Assembly: GCA_042408215.1 (NCBI GenBank)
Contig: JAYFMW010000005.1
Location: forward strand, 352,001-416,000
From: Microcoleus sp.
GTDB lineage: Bacteria > Cyanobacteriota > Cyanobacteriia > Cyanobacteriales > Microcoleaceae
DNA length: 64,000 nt
Direction of reading: 5' to 3'
Shown: one piece after another, positions 1 through 11,571 of the stretch
Layout of the letters: each line of letters starts with the position of its first letter
Position numbering within the stretch: the stretch's first letter is position 1
Notes under the pieces: model-generated
What the model saw: the letters and a program-made list of their open reading frames with translations, nothing else
Told to the model about the DNA's origin: nothing
Databases searched by the model: none
Position numbers and translations under genes: made by a program

Positions 1-1
1 A

Positions 2-2806
2 GCTATAAATATCCTAACGAGTATAACTTCTGCTGCGTTTATAGCTGCTCCCGATGTTTGTTGGCTGGTGGTATTATCAAAGGTTAATTTATCCATCAAA
101 TATGGCAATGCCACCTACTCAGGATATGCTTATGGTGCTTACGGTATATTTTCACGAGCGGCCCTCCAAAATATTGAGTCAAGTTATAAATTAGGCAAAT
201 TAGCTTTAAGTTTGGTGGAACGGTTAAATGCCAAGAATGTCAAAGCTAAGGTACTCTTGTCATTTGGCGGGCACCTAAGACACTGGAAAGATCATTTGAG
301 GGAAAGTATACCAGTTTTGATTGAAGGTTATCAAAGCGGAGTGGAAACCGGAGATTTTCAATATGCTGGTTATTGTGCCGCTTATGTGTGCGAATGCTCG
401 TATTTGATCGGTCACGAACTTACAGGATTAGAACAACAGATAACTATCTACAGTAAAGCTATCAATCAAATCGGGCAGGAAGGCCCTTTTAATTGGACGG
501 CGATTTTTTGGCAGGTAGTCCTCAACTTGCTGGGTAAAGCTGAAGATCCCATCCGTTTAATGGGGGATGCCTATAATCAGGAACAAGCGTTGCCCCGGGC
601 TATCAAAGTCAATAACCGAATAGAACTGTTATTTATTTATTCAAATCAACTGATATTGTGCTATTTGTTTGGGGAGGTGCAGCAAGCCGTGAACAATGCA
701 ACGCTTGCCAAGCAATATCTAGAAGGGTTGGCGGGAATGCCAGTTGTAAGTGCCATCTATTTGTATGAATCTCTGGCATATTTGTGCCTATTTGTTGAAG
801 CTTCGGATGCTGAAAAAGAAGCTTTGCTTAATCGGGTTAATGCCAACCAGGAAAAGATGCTTCAATGGGCGGATCATGCTCCAATGAATTATGTCCACAA
901 ATTTTATTTGGTAGAAGCTGAACGGTATCGAGTTTTAGGTGAAAATATGGAGGCGATGGAAATGTACGATCGCGCCATTAAACTCGCTCAAGAAAATGAG
1001 TACATCAATGAAGAAGCCCTCGCCAACGAACTCGCCGCCAAGTTTTATTTAGACTGGGGTAAAGAGAAAATTGCTCAAGTCTACCTAACTGATGCTTACT
1101 ACGCTTACGCGCGTTGGGGTGCAAAGGCAAAAATTGACGATTTAGAAAAACGCTATCCTCAATTACTTGCGCCTATTTTAAATCAGAAAACTAACTTAAA
1201 GACAGGCGAAACAATTGCTCAAATGATGATAACTGGAACTGTTGCAAGTACCAGTTCTGGTGTTTCAGAAATTCTGGATTTGGCAACAGTAATCAAAGCA
1301 TCTCAATCGCTGTCAGGAGAAATCAATCTCGATAAGTTGCTCTCCACTTTGATGCAAGTGATGATTGAGAATGCGGGAGCAGAAACAGGAGCTATGATTT
1401 TGATAGAAAGAGATTCATTCTTGCTGGCTGCTCAATGTGCGATCGGCAAATCCTACAATCTACACTCAACTCCCGTTGTTGACTCTCAGGAAATTCCGAT
1501 CGCCATTATTAACTATGTCTCGCGCACCCAAGAAACCTTGGTAATAAATGATGCCACTACTGAGGCTACCTTTGCTGCTGACTCTTATATCATCCAGCAT
1601 CAACCAAAGTCGGTTTTGTGTCTGCCGATTCAACATCAAGGAAAGCCGATCGCCATTCTGTACCTAGAAAATAATCTCGTGACAAATGCCTTTACTCCCG
1701 ATCGCTTGGCAGTCTTAAATATCTTAGCCTCTCAAGCGGCAATTTCGATTGAAAATGCCCAACTTTATGCTAATTTAGAAACTAAAGTAGAAGAACGTAC
1801 TCAGGAACTTTCAGAAGCTTTAAACAATCTCAAATCTACCCAAGAGGAACTAATTCAATCAGAAAAAATGGCAGCATTAGGACAACTGGTGGCGGGAGTG
1901 GCCCATGAAATCAATACACCTTTGGGAGCAATCTGTTCCTCCGTGGGTTATATTAGCGATTTCTTGAATCAAAATCTCAATCAATTACCCTCGTTTTTTC
2001 AATCACTATCCCCACAACGCCAACAGCAATTTATCGAGATGTTGGAGCGATCGCAACAAAATACTACCACTGTATCGGGCCGAGAACGTCGCCAACTCAG
2101 GAAAGCTATTGTCAGCCAGCTACAAGCTCAAGGCATGACTGAGGCTGATTCTGTGGCGAATCTGCTGCTAGATTTGGGCATTTGCGATCGGCTGGAGCCT
2201 TTGATCTCGATATTCCAAGATGCGGAGTGCGAAAACTTCCTCAAAACTGTGCGCCAGTTTGTCCGGTTACAAGAAAGCACGCGAGACATTAAAATTGCTT
2301 CTGAAAGAGCGGCAAAAATTGTTTTTGCACTAAAAACCTATGCCCGATTTAACCAAACGGGAGAAACGGTTGAAGCGAATATTATTGATGGAATTGAAGT
2401 TGTTTTAACCCTATATCAAAATCAACTTAAACAGGGAGTCGAGGTAATTCGTAAGTATCAAGATTTGCCCCGGATTCGCTGCTACTTTGATGAACTCAAT
2501 CAAGTTTGGACGAATTTAATTCATAACGGATTGCAAGCCATGAATAACCGGGGAATTTTGACTATTGAGGCCAGGGAGCAAAATGGCTCTATACTGGTGA
2601 GTGTTACTGATAGCGGTGAGGGAATTCCTGAAGAAATTAAGCCGAAAATATTTCAGCCTTTCTTTACTACTAAACCACCCGGAGAAGGTAGTGGTTTAGG
2701 ACTGGATATTGTTAGGAGGATTGTGGAAAAACATCGGGGTATTATTGAATTTGAATCTATTCCTGGTCAAACTACTTTTACTGTCTCTTTACCGATAAAT
2801 AGCTAG
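2..2806 (+). CDS. Multi-domain sensor kinase (TPR-like region, GAF, HisKA, HATPase), 5'-truncated by the window edge; likely Ser/Thr kinase-AAA-GAF-HK type
   Basis: Frame is open from position 2; GAF motif (SVLCLPI...YLENN), H-box VAHEINTPLG, and DSGEG/GSGLGL boxes. Confidence 0.85.
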   Translation, partial: AINILTSITSAAFIAAPDVCWLVVLSKVNLSIKYGNATYSGYAYGAYGIFSRAALQNIESSYKLGKLALSLVERLNAKNVKAKVLLSFGGHLRHWKDHLRESIPVLIEGYQSGVETGDFQYAGYCAAYVCECSYLIGHELTGLEQQITIYSKAINQIGQEGPFNWTAIFWQVVLNLLGKAEDPIRLMGDAYNQEQALPRAIKVNNRIELLFIYSNQLILCYLFGEVQQAVNNATLAKQYLEGLAGMPVVSAIYLYESLAYLCLFVEASDAEKEALLNRVNANQEKMLQWADHAPMNYVHKFYLVEAERYRVLGENMEAMEMYDRAIKLAQENEYINEEALANELAAKFYLDWGKEKIAQVYLTDAYYAYARWGAKAKIDDLEKRYPQLLAPILNQKTNLKTGETIAQMMITGTVASTSSGVSEILDLATVIKASQSLSGEINLDKLLSTLMQVMIENAGAETGAMILIERDSFLLAAQCAIGKSYNLHSTPVVDSQEIPIAIINYVSRTQETLVINDATTEATFAADSYIIQHQPKSVLCLPIQHQGKPIAILYLENNLVTNAFTPDRLAVLNILASQAAISIENAQLYANLETKVEERTQELSEALNNLKSTQEELIQSEKMAALGQLVAGVAHEINTPLGAICSSVGYISDFLNQNLNQLPSFFQSLSPQRQQQFIEMLERSQQNTTTVSGRERRQLRKAIVSQLQAQGMTEADSVANLLLDLGICDRLEPLISIFQDAECENFLKTVRQFVRLQESTRDIKIASERAAKIVFALKTYARFNQTGETVEANIIDGIEVVLTLYQNQLKQGVEVIRKYQDLPRIRCYFDELNQVWTNLIHNGLQAMNNRGILTIEAREQNGSILVSVTDSGEGIPEEIKPKIFQPFFTTKPPGEGSGLGLDIVRRIVEKHRGIIEFESIPGQTTFTVSLPINS

Positions 2807-2828
2807 CCCATAATAAATGTCGCTTGTA

Positions 2829-3052
2829 GTCGAGTCTCGATCCCCCCTAGCCCCCCTTAATAAGGGGAGTAGGGGGTGGGACAAGAGCATTCAAAGTCCC
2901 CCTTTTTAAGGGGGATTTAGGGGGATCGAGACTCGACAATCATCTCGATCCCCCTAGCGAGAGGGCGGGCACGGGACACCGCCCCTAGGAAGGGGGGGAC
3001 AAGAGTCCGATCAAAGTCCCCCTTCTTAAGGGGGATTTAGGGGGATCTAGAC
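2829..3052. repeat. Cluster of palindromic CCCCCTT-N-AAGGGGG dispersed repeats
   Basis: Outer inverted repeat GTCGAGTCTCGATCCCCC/GGGGGATCGAGACTCGAC enclosing CCCCCTT..AAGGGG units; a second similar unit follows. Confidence 0.75.
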
Positions 3053-3235
3053 TCAGGTAAAAACGATATTTATCAAGGCTTTCAGGCTTAAGTTGACACC
3101 AATAGGCACGCGCTTAGTGTCCCTACCCCAAAATAATCAATCTTCTTCGCTCGGATGTAACCATCGCCCGATTAATTGTAGGGATACGGCACTGCCGTAT
3201 CCTGATTGGAATTAACAACTTCTAAAGAACCCAAA

Positions 3236-3631
3236 ATGTCTAAACTATCCATTTTATGTGTTGATGATGAAGTGATTATTCTCAATAGTCTGCTACGACA
3301 ACTGCAAGCCGCATTTGGCGATCGCTATGTCTATGAGACTTCAGAAAATGCGGAAGAAGCCCTCGAAATTATTGAAGAATTACAACAAGAAAAGACCGAT
3401 GTGATTGTCATAGTTTCTGACTGGTTAATGCCAGGTATGAAGGGTGATGAATTTTTGATTGAAGTTCAAAAAAAATTCCCCAATGTGGTTAAAATATTAT
3501 TGACGGGACAAGCGGATGAAGCAGCGGTAGAACGGGCTAAAGAACAGGCGAATCTTCATCGCTATCTCCAAAAGCCTTGGAGCGAACAGGAATTAATTGC
3601 TTGTATTCAAGAAGGATTGGGAAAATTATGA
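3236..3631 (+). CDS. Single-domain response regulator
   Basis: CVDDE, SDWLMPG, LTG and KPW receiver motifs; ATG at 3236. Confidence 0.9.
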   Translation: MSKLSILCVDDEVIILNSLLRQLQAAFGDRYVYETSENAEEALEIIEELQQEKTDVIVIVSDWLMPGMKGDEFLIEVQKKFPNVVKILLTGQADEAAVERAKEQANLHRYLQKPWSEQELIACIQEGLGKL

Positions 3632-5541
3632 TGAAACCTGTGATTATTTGTATTGACGACGATCGGACGGTGCTGGATAGTTTGATGAGGGAATTATCAG
3701 TAAATTTCGGAGATCGGTTTGAGATTGAAACCGCTATGGGCGGGATTGAAGCTTTAGAATTAGTGTCAGATTTGCTCGTCGATGAATGCGAAATTGCTGT
3801 GGTAATCGCTGACTATATTATGCCCGATATGAAAGGGGATGAAGTTTTAAAACGTATCCATGAGCGATCGCCCAATACGCTCAAAATTATGCTAACCGGT
3901 CAAGCTACTATAGAAGGAGTCAGCAATGCAGTCAATTCTGCTCAACTCTATCGCTATATTGCCAAGCCTTGGGAAAGTACACAACTCAATTTAACCCTCC
4001 AAGAAGCGCTAAAAATTTATTGGCTAGAGCACCAGTTGGCAGAACAAAATGCCCAACTTAGAGCCAGTGAGCATCGTCTGGCTCAGTTTTTGGAAGCGAT
4101 ACCTATAGGGGTATCTGTCCACGATGCAACGGGAAAAACAACCTACGCCAATCGTAAAGCAAAGGAATTATTAGGAATTGAAGTGTTACCTCTGGCGACA
4201 ATCGAGCAGTTGTCTCCAGCGTATCAAGTTTATCGCACTGGTACTGGACAATTGTATCCTAATGATGAGTTGCCGATTGTGCGATCGCTCGCGGGAGAAA
4301 CGGTGCGTGCGGAAGATTTGGAATTGCATCAACTGGATCGGATTATTCCCTTGGAGATTTCGACGACACCAATCTCCAACGAAACTGGAAAGATTACTTA
4401 TGCAATTTGTACTTTCCAAGATATTAGCGATCGCCAACGAGCAGAATCCGATCGGCTGCGTCTCGCCCAAGAAAGGGAAGCTAAGAATGTTGCTTTGCGG
4501 ATGAATCGAGAAATTGAGGCAAAAAACCAAGAATTAGCCAATACTTTACAACAATTGCAAGCCACTCAGCAACAATTAATCGAGTCGGAAAAAATGGCAG
4601 CACTGGGACAATTGGTTGCTGGAGTTGCCCATGAAATCAATAACCCTATAGGTGCTATTCGATCGTTAGCGGGGAGTATTTCCAGTTTCTTGAGTCCAAC
4701 CCTAGAACAGTTGCCGGCACTGTTTCAAACCCTTACCGAAGAGCAAGGGCAAGACTTCCGGGCGTTACTTGGGCGATCGCTCCATCAAGAATTAACACTA
4801 TCTACCAAAGAAGAGCGCAAATTGAAGAAAGCTTTAAGGAGTCAACTGCAAGATTTGGAATTCTCTGAGACTGATGCTGAAAGTGTTGCTGATACATTAG
4901 TAATCATGGGAATTTATAACGAAATTGATTTCTTGATTCCCCTATTAACCAGACCCGATGGTTTTGATGTATTAGAAATCGCCTCTAAAATTTCACAAAT
5001 AAAAAGAGGTATGACGACTATTCAAACAGCCACAGAGCGAGCCTCAAAAGTGGTGTTTGCTTTGAAAACCTATGCCCATTACGAACATTCTGGTCAAAGG
5101 ACTCAAGCCAATTTAACTGAAGGAATTGAGACTGTCTTAACTCTCTATCAAAGTCAATTGAAACAAGGAGTTAATGTCATCAGAAACTATGCCGAATTGC
5201 CACCCATACTGTGTTATCCAGACGAACTGAATCAGGTGTGGACAAATCTGATTCACAATGCCTTGCAAGCGATGGATAATCGAGGCACTTTAACTATTGA
5301 TGTTACTACTATTGACTTGCAGGCAAAAATTAGCTTTACTGATAGTGGCAAAGGAATACCTGAAGAGATTAAATCGAAAATATTCGATCCTTTTTTTACC
5401 ACTAAACCCCCTGGAGAAGGCAGCGGATTGGGACTAGATATTGTCAAGAAAATTGTCGATAAACATCAGGGAAAAATAGAATTTGAATCTCTGACTGGTC
5501 AAACTAGATTTAATGTTTTCCTGCCCATTGCCAGACTCTAG
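3628..5541 (+). CDS. Hybrid Rec-PAS-histidine kinase
   Basis: N-terminal receiver, PAS region, HEINNP H-box, HATPase boxes; ATGA overlap with the upstream gene. Confidence 0.9.
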   Translation: MMKPVIICIDDDRTVLDSLMRELSVNFGDRFEIETAMGGIEALELVSDLLVDECEIAVVIADYIMPDMKGDEVLKRIHERSPNTLKIMLTGQATIEGVSNAVNSAQLYRYIAKPWESTQLNLTLQEALKIYWLEHQLAEQNAQLRASEHRLAQFLEAIPIGVSVHDATGKTTYANRKAKELLGIEVLPLATIEQLSPAYQVYRTGTGQLYPNDELPIVRSLAGETVRAEDLELHQLDRIIPLEISTTPISNETGKITYAICTFQDISDRQRAESDRLRLAQEREAKNVALRMNREIEAKNQELANTLQQLQATQQQLIESEKMAALGQLVAGVAHEINNPIGAIRSLAGSISSFLSPTLEQLPALFQTLTEEQGQDFRALLGRSLHQELTLSTKEERKLKKALRSQLQDLEFSETDAESVADTLVIMGIYNEIDFLIPLLTRPDGFDVLEIASKISQIKRGMTTIQTATERASKVVFALKTYAHYEHSGQRTQANLTEGIETVLTLYQSQLKQGVNVIRNYAELPPILCYPDELNQVWTNLIHNALQAMDNRGTLTIDVTTIDLQAKISFTDSGKGIPEEIKSKIFDPFFTTKPPGEGSGLGLDIVKKIVDKHQGKIEFESLTGQTRFNVFLPIARL

Positions 5542-5574
5542 TAATCGGAAAAGTAAATATATCTCATCTCATTA

Positions 5575-5677
5575 TATCGTTTCCGGTTGCATCGGAATGA
5601 TTTAACCGCAGAGAACACAGAGGACACAGAGGGAGAGAATAGAGCTCTGAATAATTCCGATGCTACCGGATTTGATA
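5575..5677. repeat. MITE-like inverted-repeat element
   Basis: TATCGTTTCCGGTTGCATCGGAAT ... ATTCCGATGCTACCGGATTTGATA imperfect terminal inverted repeats around CACAGAG repeats. Confidence 0.6.
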
Positions 5678-5707
5678 TTAAATGTAAAATAAGTCGGAAA
5701 AAAAATC

Positions 5708-6103
5708 ATGTCTAAACCTGTAATTTTGTGTGTTGACGACGAGAGAATGGTCTTAGATAGTCTCAGGATACAGCTCTCCACAGCCTTCGGAACTTGCTAC
5801 ACATATGAAGGAGCTGAAGATGCCTATGAAGCTTTAGATTTAATAGAGGAACTCGATGGCGATCGGATTAGTGTTATTGTGATTATTTCTGATTGGTTAA
5901 TGCCCGGTATTAAGGGCGATGACTTTTTGATTCGCGTCCACGAGCGATTCCCCAAAGTTATTAAAATTATGCTGACGGGTCAAGCGGATGAATTAGCTAT
6001 TGATCGAGCAAAAAAACAAGCAAATCTCCATTGTTGTTTGTTGAAACCTTGGTCGGAAACCGAGTTGCTAGAAACTATTAAGTCTGCTTTGTCCAAACTA
6101 TAA
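5708..6103 (+). CDS. Single-domain response regulator
   Basis: Receiver motifs; paralogue of 3236..3631. Confidence 0.9.
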   Translation: MSKPVILCVDDERMVLDSLRIQLSTAFGTCYTYEGAEDAYEALDLIEELDGDRISVIVIISDWLMPGIKGDDFLIRVHERFPKVIKIMLTGQADELAIDRAKKQANLHCCLLKPWSETELLETIKSALSKL

Positions 6104-6108
6104 TGTAA

Positions 6109-6192
6109 GGGGAATTGGTCATTGGGAATTGGGAATTGGTCACAAATAACCAATAACCAATAACCAATAACCAATAACCACTGACTACTGAC
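6109..6192. repeat. Heptamer short tandem repeats (STRR-type)
   Basis: GGGAATT and CCAATAA tandem units between convergent genes. Confidence 0.7.
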
Positions 6193-9172
6193 TAATTTGT
6201 TCGATCGGGATTTCAATGATAAACTCCGCTCCTTGACCTGGTGCTGAAACACAACTGAGTTTCCCACCGTGTTCCTGCACAACTTTGTAGGAAATTGACA
6301 GGCCCAAACCAGTACCTTTACCAGCGGGTTTGGTGGTAAAAAACGCCTCAAACAACTGCTGGCTGACTGCTTCGGGCATACCGGAGCCGTTGTCAGAAAT
6401 CCGAATTATAGCATTCGAGTTTTGGACTTCTGTCTTAATTTTAATTTTACTGCGATTAGCTTTAGCTTCAGCAACAGAGCGCCCCTGATTGTAATCCTCG
6501 ATCGCATCGATCGCATTGCCGATCAAATTCATAAATACCTGATTAACTTTGCCAGCATAACACTCCACCAAAGGCAAGTTTCCATACTCCTTAATTACGG
6601 CAATTTCAGGATAGCTGCCGCGCGCTTTCAGACGACTTTGCAGAATCAGCAGGGTTCCTTCTATTCCTTCATGTAGGTTAACCTTACTCATCTGAGTATC
6701 ATCTTTGCGGGAGAAATTTCGCAGGGAACGCACAATTTCCCGAATGCGATCGGCTCCTACCTGCATGGAAGACATTGCTTTTGGCAAATCTTCTACCATA
6801 AAATCTAGTTCAATATCCTCAATTTTAGCTTCAATTTCTGCTGATGGCTGCGGACAGTGCTGCTGGTACAAATCGATCAAATTCAGCAAATCTTCGGTGT
6901 AGTGACCGACATGAACTAGATTGCCGCAGACGCTGTTTACCGGATTGTTAATTTCGTGAGCAACACCGGCCACCATTTGACCGAGTGTAGACATTTTTTC
7001 CGTGTGAATTAAGAGGGCTTGAGTTTGCTGCAATTCCTGCAAAGTATTTTCAAGTTGCAGCTTTTGCTGGGTCAATTCAGTTTGCGATCGCAGCAAAGCT
7101 TCTTCACTACGTTTCTGCTCGGAAATATCAGTAATTAATCCTTCTAAAGCTATCAATTCTCCAGACTCAGAAAACACCCCTAAACCTTGTTCCCAAACCC
7201 ACTTTAATTCGCCAGATTTAGAAGTAATGCGGTAATTAAGCTGATAGGGTCGATGTTCCAAAACGGCAATCTGTACGGCATTCCACAAAACATCGCGGTC
7301 ATCAGGGTGAGTCAATTCCGAGATAGAAACTGTCGAAGTTCCGAGAAACTCTTCAGGAGAATAACCAGCTAATTGATAGCAACCCTCGCTCACAAACTCC
7401 ATACTGCGATCGGCATCATTGCGAAAACGGTAGGCCATCCCCGGCAAATTGCTCATCAGCGTAGCCAAGGCCCGCTGGCTTTCCCGTAGGGCTTCTTCTG
7501 CGTGTTTGCGATCGGTAATATCCGTCATCACCGCCACCATACAGAGTTCGTCTCCCAAATTAATCAACTCAGCCGAGAGCAAACAAACCACCACCGCACC
7601 CGACTTCATTTGAAACTCGCACTCGCGGTTGCGAACAACACCTTGCTCATCCAAAATTCGCCTAAAAGTCGCTCGTTCTTCTGGTCTTACCCAAATATTC
7701 AATTGTGGCACTGTCTGACCAATTACCTCTTGCTGAGAGTAACCAATCATCGACAAAAAACTATCATTAACATCGATAAACATTCCGGTAGCAAAAGTAG
7801 TAATAGTCATCGAATCTGGACTAGAGCGAAAAGCCTTAGAAAACTTTTCTTCCGACAAACCCAACTGTTTAATAGCTGACTCTAACTGACTTGTCCGCTT
7901 TTTAACCCGACATTCCAACACTTCATTAGCCTGCTTCAAAGCCTCCTCTGCTTGCACCCGATAAGTAATGTCCCGCACCACCGCTTGCAGCCCCATTTTG
8001 CCGCCAATATCCATAGAAGTAAGCAGCACCTCCGCCGGAAACTCCGAACCGTCTAACCTACAGTGCAGCCAGTCAAAACGGCAACTTCCTGCTGCAAAAG
8101 CCTCATTGATTCGCTCTTGCGACAGACTCATAGAATCTTGCCCGTTTGGTTGCATTTGCGGGCTAAATTCCGAGGGATGCTTGCCACAAAACTCTGATTC
8201 AGTGTTGCATCCAAACAATTTTAAAGTAGCCGGATTGCAGTCCAAAAAACCTATTTCATCTAGCAACATTACCGCATCAGTAGTCGATTCGTACAAAGTG
8301 CGAAACTTCCTTTCCGACTCCTGCAAAGAAGCAATCAACTGCATCTTTTCCTCTGCCGCCTGCTTTTGCTTAGTAATGTCCTGCATTACTTGAGAAAATC
8401 CGCGCAACTCTCCGCTTTCATCGCGCAATGCAGTCACAATAATATTCGCCCAAAATCGCGATCCATCCTTGCGAATCCTCCAGGCTTCATCCTCATATCT
8501 ACCTTCTGCGATCGCTGTCGCTAATTTTTGTTGAGGCTTACCAATAGCAATAGCTTCCTGGGTGTAAAAACACTCAGAATGTTGACCGACTACTTCATAA
8601 GATTGATAGCCAAAAATGCGTTCTGCTCCACAATTCCAGCTAGCTACATATCCGTCAGTATCTAACATGAATATAGCATAATCTTTAACGCCTTCAATTA
8701 CTAAGCGCAGGCGTTCTTCGCTTTCTCGAAGTCCAGACTCGGCTTGCTTGCGCTGGGTGATATCTTCCACAAAACCTTCGTAGTAGAGCAATTCGCCATT
8801 TTCATTGCAGACAGCCCGCCCATTTTCTGAAATCCAAATTACTGTTCCGTCTCGGCGATAAATCTGCGACTCAAAATCCGACACGATGCCGTGTTCTTGC
8901 AAAGTAGAAATAAACTCGTCGCGTCGCTGGATATCGACATAAAGCTGGTGGCCGATATCAGTCAAACTGAGCATCATTTCCTCTGTGGAATTATACCCGT
9001 AGATGCTAGCCAGAGCTGGGTTAGCGCTGATGTAGCGCCCTTCAGGCGTTGTTTGAAAAATACCGGAAATAGCATTTTCAAATATACTATAATATTTGGC
9101 TTCCATTTGCTGTAGCGCCTCCTTAATGTTCAGGCTGTCCATTGCTTTGTGTTCCATTTTTTGCTTTCTCAC
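6185..9172 (-). CDS. Multi-PAS sensor histidine kinase
   Basis: About five PAS/PAC repeats (DIT..K motifs), HEINNP H-box, GTGLGL. Confidence 0.9.
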   Translation of the reverse strand: MRKQKMEHKAMDSLNIKEALQQMEAKYYSIFENAISGIFQTTPEGRYISANPALASIYGYNSTEEMMLSLTDIGHQLYVDIQRRDEFISTLQEHGIVSDFESQIYRRDGTVIWISENGRAVCNENGELLYYEGFVEDITQRKQAESGLRESEERLRLVIEGVKDYAIFMLDTDGYVASWNCGAERIFGYQSYEVVGQHSECFYTQEAIAIGKPQQKLATAIAEGRYEDEAWRIRKDGSRFWANIIVTALRDESGELRGFSQVMQDITKQKQAAEEKMQLIASLQESERKFRTLYESTTDAVMLLDEIGFLDCNPATLKLFGCNTESEFCGKHPSEFSPQMQPNGQDSMSLSQERINEAFAAGSCRFDWLHCRLDGSEFPAEVLLTSMDIGGKMGLQAVVRDITYRVQAEEALKQANEVLECRVKKRTSQLESAIKQLGLSEEKFSKAFRSSPDSMTITTFATGMFIDVNDSFLSMIGYSQQEVIGQTVPQLNIWVRPEERATFRRILDEQGVVRNRECEFQMKSGAVVVCLLSAELINLGDELCMVAVMTDITDRKHAEEALRESQRALATLMSNLPGMAYRFRNDADRSMEFVSEGCYQLAGYSPEEFLGTSTVSISELTHPDDRDVLWNAVQIAVLEHRPYQLNYRITSKSGELKWVWEQGLGVFSESGELIALEGLITDISEQKRSEEALLRSQTELTQQKLQLENTLQELQQTQALLIHTEKMSTLGQMVAGVAHEINNPVNSVCGNLVHVGHYTEDLLNLIDLYQQHCPQPSAEIEAKIEDIELDFMVEDLPKAMSSMQVGADRIREIVRSLRNFSRKDDTQMSKVNLHEGIEGTLLILQSRLKARGSYPEIAVIKEYGNLPLVECYAGKVNQVFMNLIGNAIDAIEDYNQGRSVAEAKANRSKIKIKTEVQNSNAIIRISDNGSGMPEAVSQQLFEAFFTTKPAGKGTGLGLSISYKVVQEHGGKLSCVSAPGQGAEFIIEIPIEQISQ

Positions 9173-9436
9173 TTTTTAATACCCTGTGTCCTTCTTTGAA
9201 TTCAAGATTTGGTAATGGTTGTTAGTAATATGTAAAATTGCCACAACACAGGGGCCATAGTTGTATCAAAAAATTCATATTGAGCAGCAGTGTACAAATT
9301 CTGTAGCGGTGCTGACATTTGGGCAGAAGTTTGGGGGTTTCGGTGTAAAATGCGGCCGGGAAGTCTGGTAAAATCCCGATCGACTCTCGGTTTTGTTGAC
9401 AAGCTCGATCGGCCTAAATTTGACTATAACTAATAA

Positions 9437-10552
9437 ATGACTTATTCTCCCGTACTCGTAACACCAGAGTTATCCGCTGCTTCAACCCTGACAGCAGATT
9501 CTCCTCTGTGGCCCAGTTTGCTGCAACAATTGTTAGACAGACAATCTCTCGATCGCACCCAGGCGGCCAACTTAATGCAGGGATGGCTGAATGAAGCCAT
9601 TCCCCCCGTACTTTCCGGCGCGATTTTAGTCGCCCTCCAAGCCAAAGGCATTTCGCCCCAAGAATTAGCCGGCATGGCTCAGGTATTGCAGTCTCAGTCC
9701 CTCGCAGGAGATTTCGGCTCGATTTCGCCCTCTGAACTTTCTGCGCCGACCGTACCTTTAATCGATACTTGCGGCACAGGTGGCGACGGCGCTTCCACCT
9801 TTAACATTTCAACTGCTGTCGCTTTTGTCGCCGCCGCCGGCAAAGTGCGAGTCGCCAAACACGGAAATCGATCGGCATCAAGTAAAGTAGGTTCTGCTGA
9901 CGTCTTGGAAGCACTGGGAGTCAACCTCAACGCCGATTCCCAAAGAGTAAAGGCGGCGGTAGACGAAGTAGGTATCACCTTTTTATTTGCGCCTGGGTGG
10001 CATCCCGCACTCAAGGCTGTAGCGTCGCTCCGGCGCACTTTGAAGGTGCGGACTGTTTTTAACCTTTTGGGCCCCCTCGTCAATCCTATGCGCCCTACAG
10101 GCCAGGTAATCGGGGTGTTCGATCCGAGTCTGGTATCAACCATTGCCGAAGCTTTGGGCGAGTTGGGGACTAAGTTGGCTGTAGTTATTCATGGCAGAGA
10201 AAAGTTGGATGAAGCGGGTTTGGGAGATGTTTCAGACTTGGCGATTTTGTCGAATGGCAAAGTAGAAGTAACTACTTTAGATGCTACCAAAGTAGGATTG
10301 ACACGTTGTGCGATCGACTCTTTAAAAGGGGGAAATGTTGAGGAAAATTCCGAGATTTTGCGGAATGTTCTTCAGGGTAAGGGAACGCCGGCACAAATGG
10401 ATGTTGTGGCTTTGAATGCGTCTTTGGCACTTCAGGTGGGAGGTGCAATTCCTTTGGGCGATCACGCAGCAGGGGTTGTTTTGGCCTCTGAGATTTTATT
10501 GAGCGGCGAACCTTGGTTGAAGTTGCAGCAGTTGGTTGATTTTTTGAAATGA
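9437..10552 (+). CDS. trpD: Anthranilate phosphoribosyltransferase
   Basis: [20 protein letters not shown] and LGPLVNP motifs. Confidence 0.97.
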   Translation: MTYSPVLVTPELSAASTLTADSPLWPSLLQQLLDRQSLDRTQAANLMQGWLNEAIPPVLSGAILVALQAKGISPQELAGMAQVLQSQSLAGDFGSISPSELSAPTVPLIDTCGTGGDGASTFNISTAVAFVAAAGKVRVAKHGNRSASSKVGSADVLEALGVNLNADSQRVKAAVDEVGITFLFAPGWHPALKAVASLRRTLKVRTVFNLLGPLVNPMRPTGQVIGVFDPSLVSTIAEALGELGTKLAVVIHGREKLDEAGLGDVSDLAILSNGKVEVTTLDATKVGLTRCAIDSLKGGNVEENSEILRNVLQGKGTPAQMDVVALNASLALQVGGAIPLGDHAAGVVLASEILLSGEPWLKLQQLVDFLK

Positions 10553-10722
10553 AGTCAGTTCGGCAACGGATTATGTAACGGATGTAACGGATGTAACGGA
10601 TGTCAGGGAAGGAAGAAGGAAGAAGTCAGTGGTTATTGGTTAATTGTTATTTGCTGGTTCTAATAACCAATGCCCTGTTTGGCCAAGACCCCATCCCCAA
10701 TCTCTTTACTTCTTCCTTTTTG

Positions 10723-11370
10723 TTAGGAGCGCGATCGAAATTCAATCACATCTTGCTTAATAGTTATGTCTTTATCACCAAAAAAGTCATGACCCAACAG
10801 TCCGATATCTAGGGACGGCGAAATCGCCACAACTACATTTTTAACCGCCAGCCCCCCAGCTTCCATAGAAGTCAAACGACCTGTAGGAAAAGTAGCATCT
10901 CCGTTGGGAGTTTTTGCTTTCACTGTTCCTTGAGGAACCACCCCCAAAGCTTTAGCCATTGCTGGTGTAATTACAGTGCCACTAGCTCCAGAATCTACCA
11001 TCATATCGAACTTTTCTTTGCCGTTAAACGTGACTTCTATGACCGGGATATTAGCCTCTCTGCGTTTAATTTTTGCTTGAAAAACTCCAGACTTGGCCAC
11101 CGGCGAAGTGGCGGGAGTCCATTCTTTGGGGAGAAAACCGCAGATGGATTGGCTCAAGTTGACAATTATGCCGGAGGAGTTCCGCATGAAGCAGCCCTCG
11201 CTTTCTTGAGCCACCACTCGCGAGGAGTTGGGCCCGCTGTCAACTAAAATTGAACTGCTCACAGAAATAACTGCTGTTAAAACCACCAGTAAAGGTTTGC
11301 GTAGCTTGGGAACTTTCACTTGATGCTTGTATAGGTTTGAAATTAAAGGCTCTTGAGATTTGCTAGCCAT
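10723..11370 (-). CDS. Retropepsin-like aspartic protease
   Basis: VDSGAS and LLGHDFF motifs with a hydrophobic N-terminal segment. Confidence 0.85.
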   Translation of the reverse strand: MASKSQEPLISNLYKHQVKVPKLRKPLLVVLTAVISVSSSILVDSGPNSSRVVAQESEGCFMRNSSGIIVNLSQSICGFLPKEWTPATSPVAKSGVFQAKIKRREANIPVIEVTFNGKEKFDMMVDSGASGTVITPAMAKALGVVPQGTVKAKTPNGDATFPTGRLTSMEAGGLAVKNVVVAISPSLDIGLLGHDFFGDKDITIKQDVIEFRSRS

Positions 11371-11571
11371 AGTTGGGTTAAATGCTATGGGTCGATCGTA
11401 ACAGCGACAACTCCCTTTTGGTATATATTTAGACTTTCTGCTCTGTTTTCGATCGGATTTAGCTACAAAATGTCAAATAAAATACAGCAGTAAATGACTA
11501 TCGAACCCAAAACTAAAATAGGATTTTTATTTTGCTGGCGATCCAGAAGTCCCTGTTAGGGATAAAAATAA

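Noticed and set aside
1..9172. Novel signalling system
   Set aside because: Kinase and receiver cascades like this are commonplace in filamentous cyanobacteria
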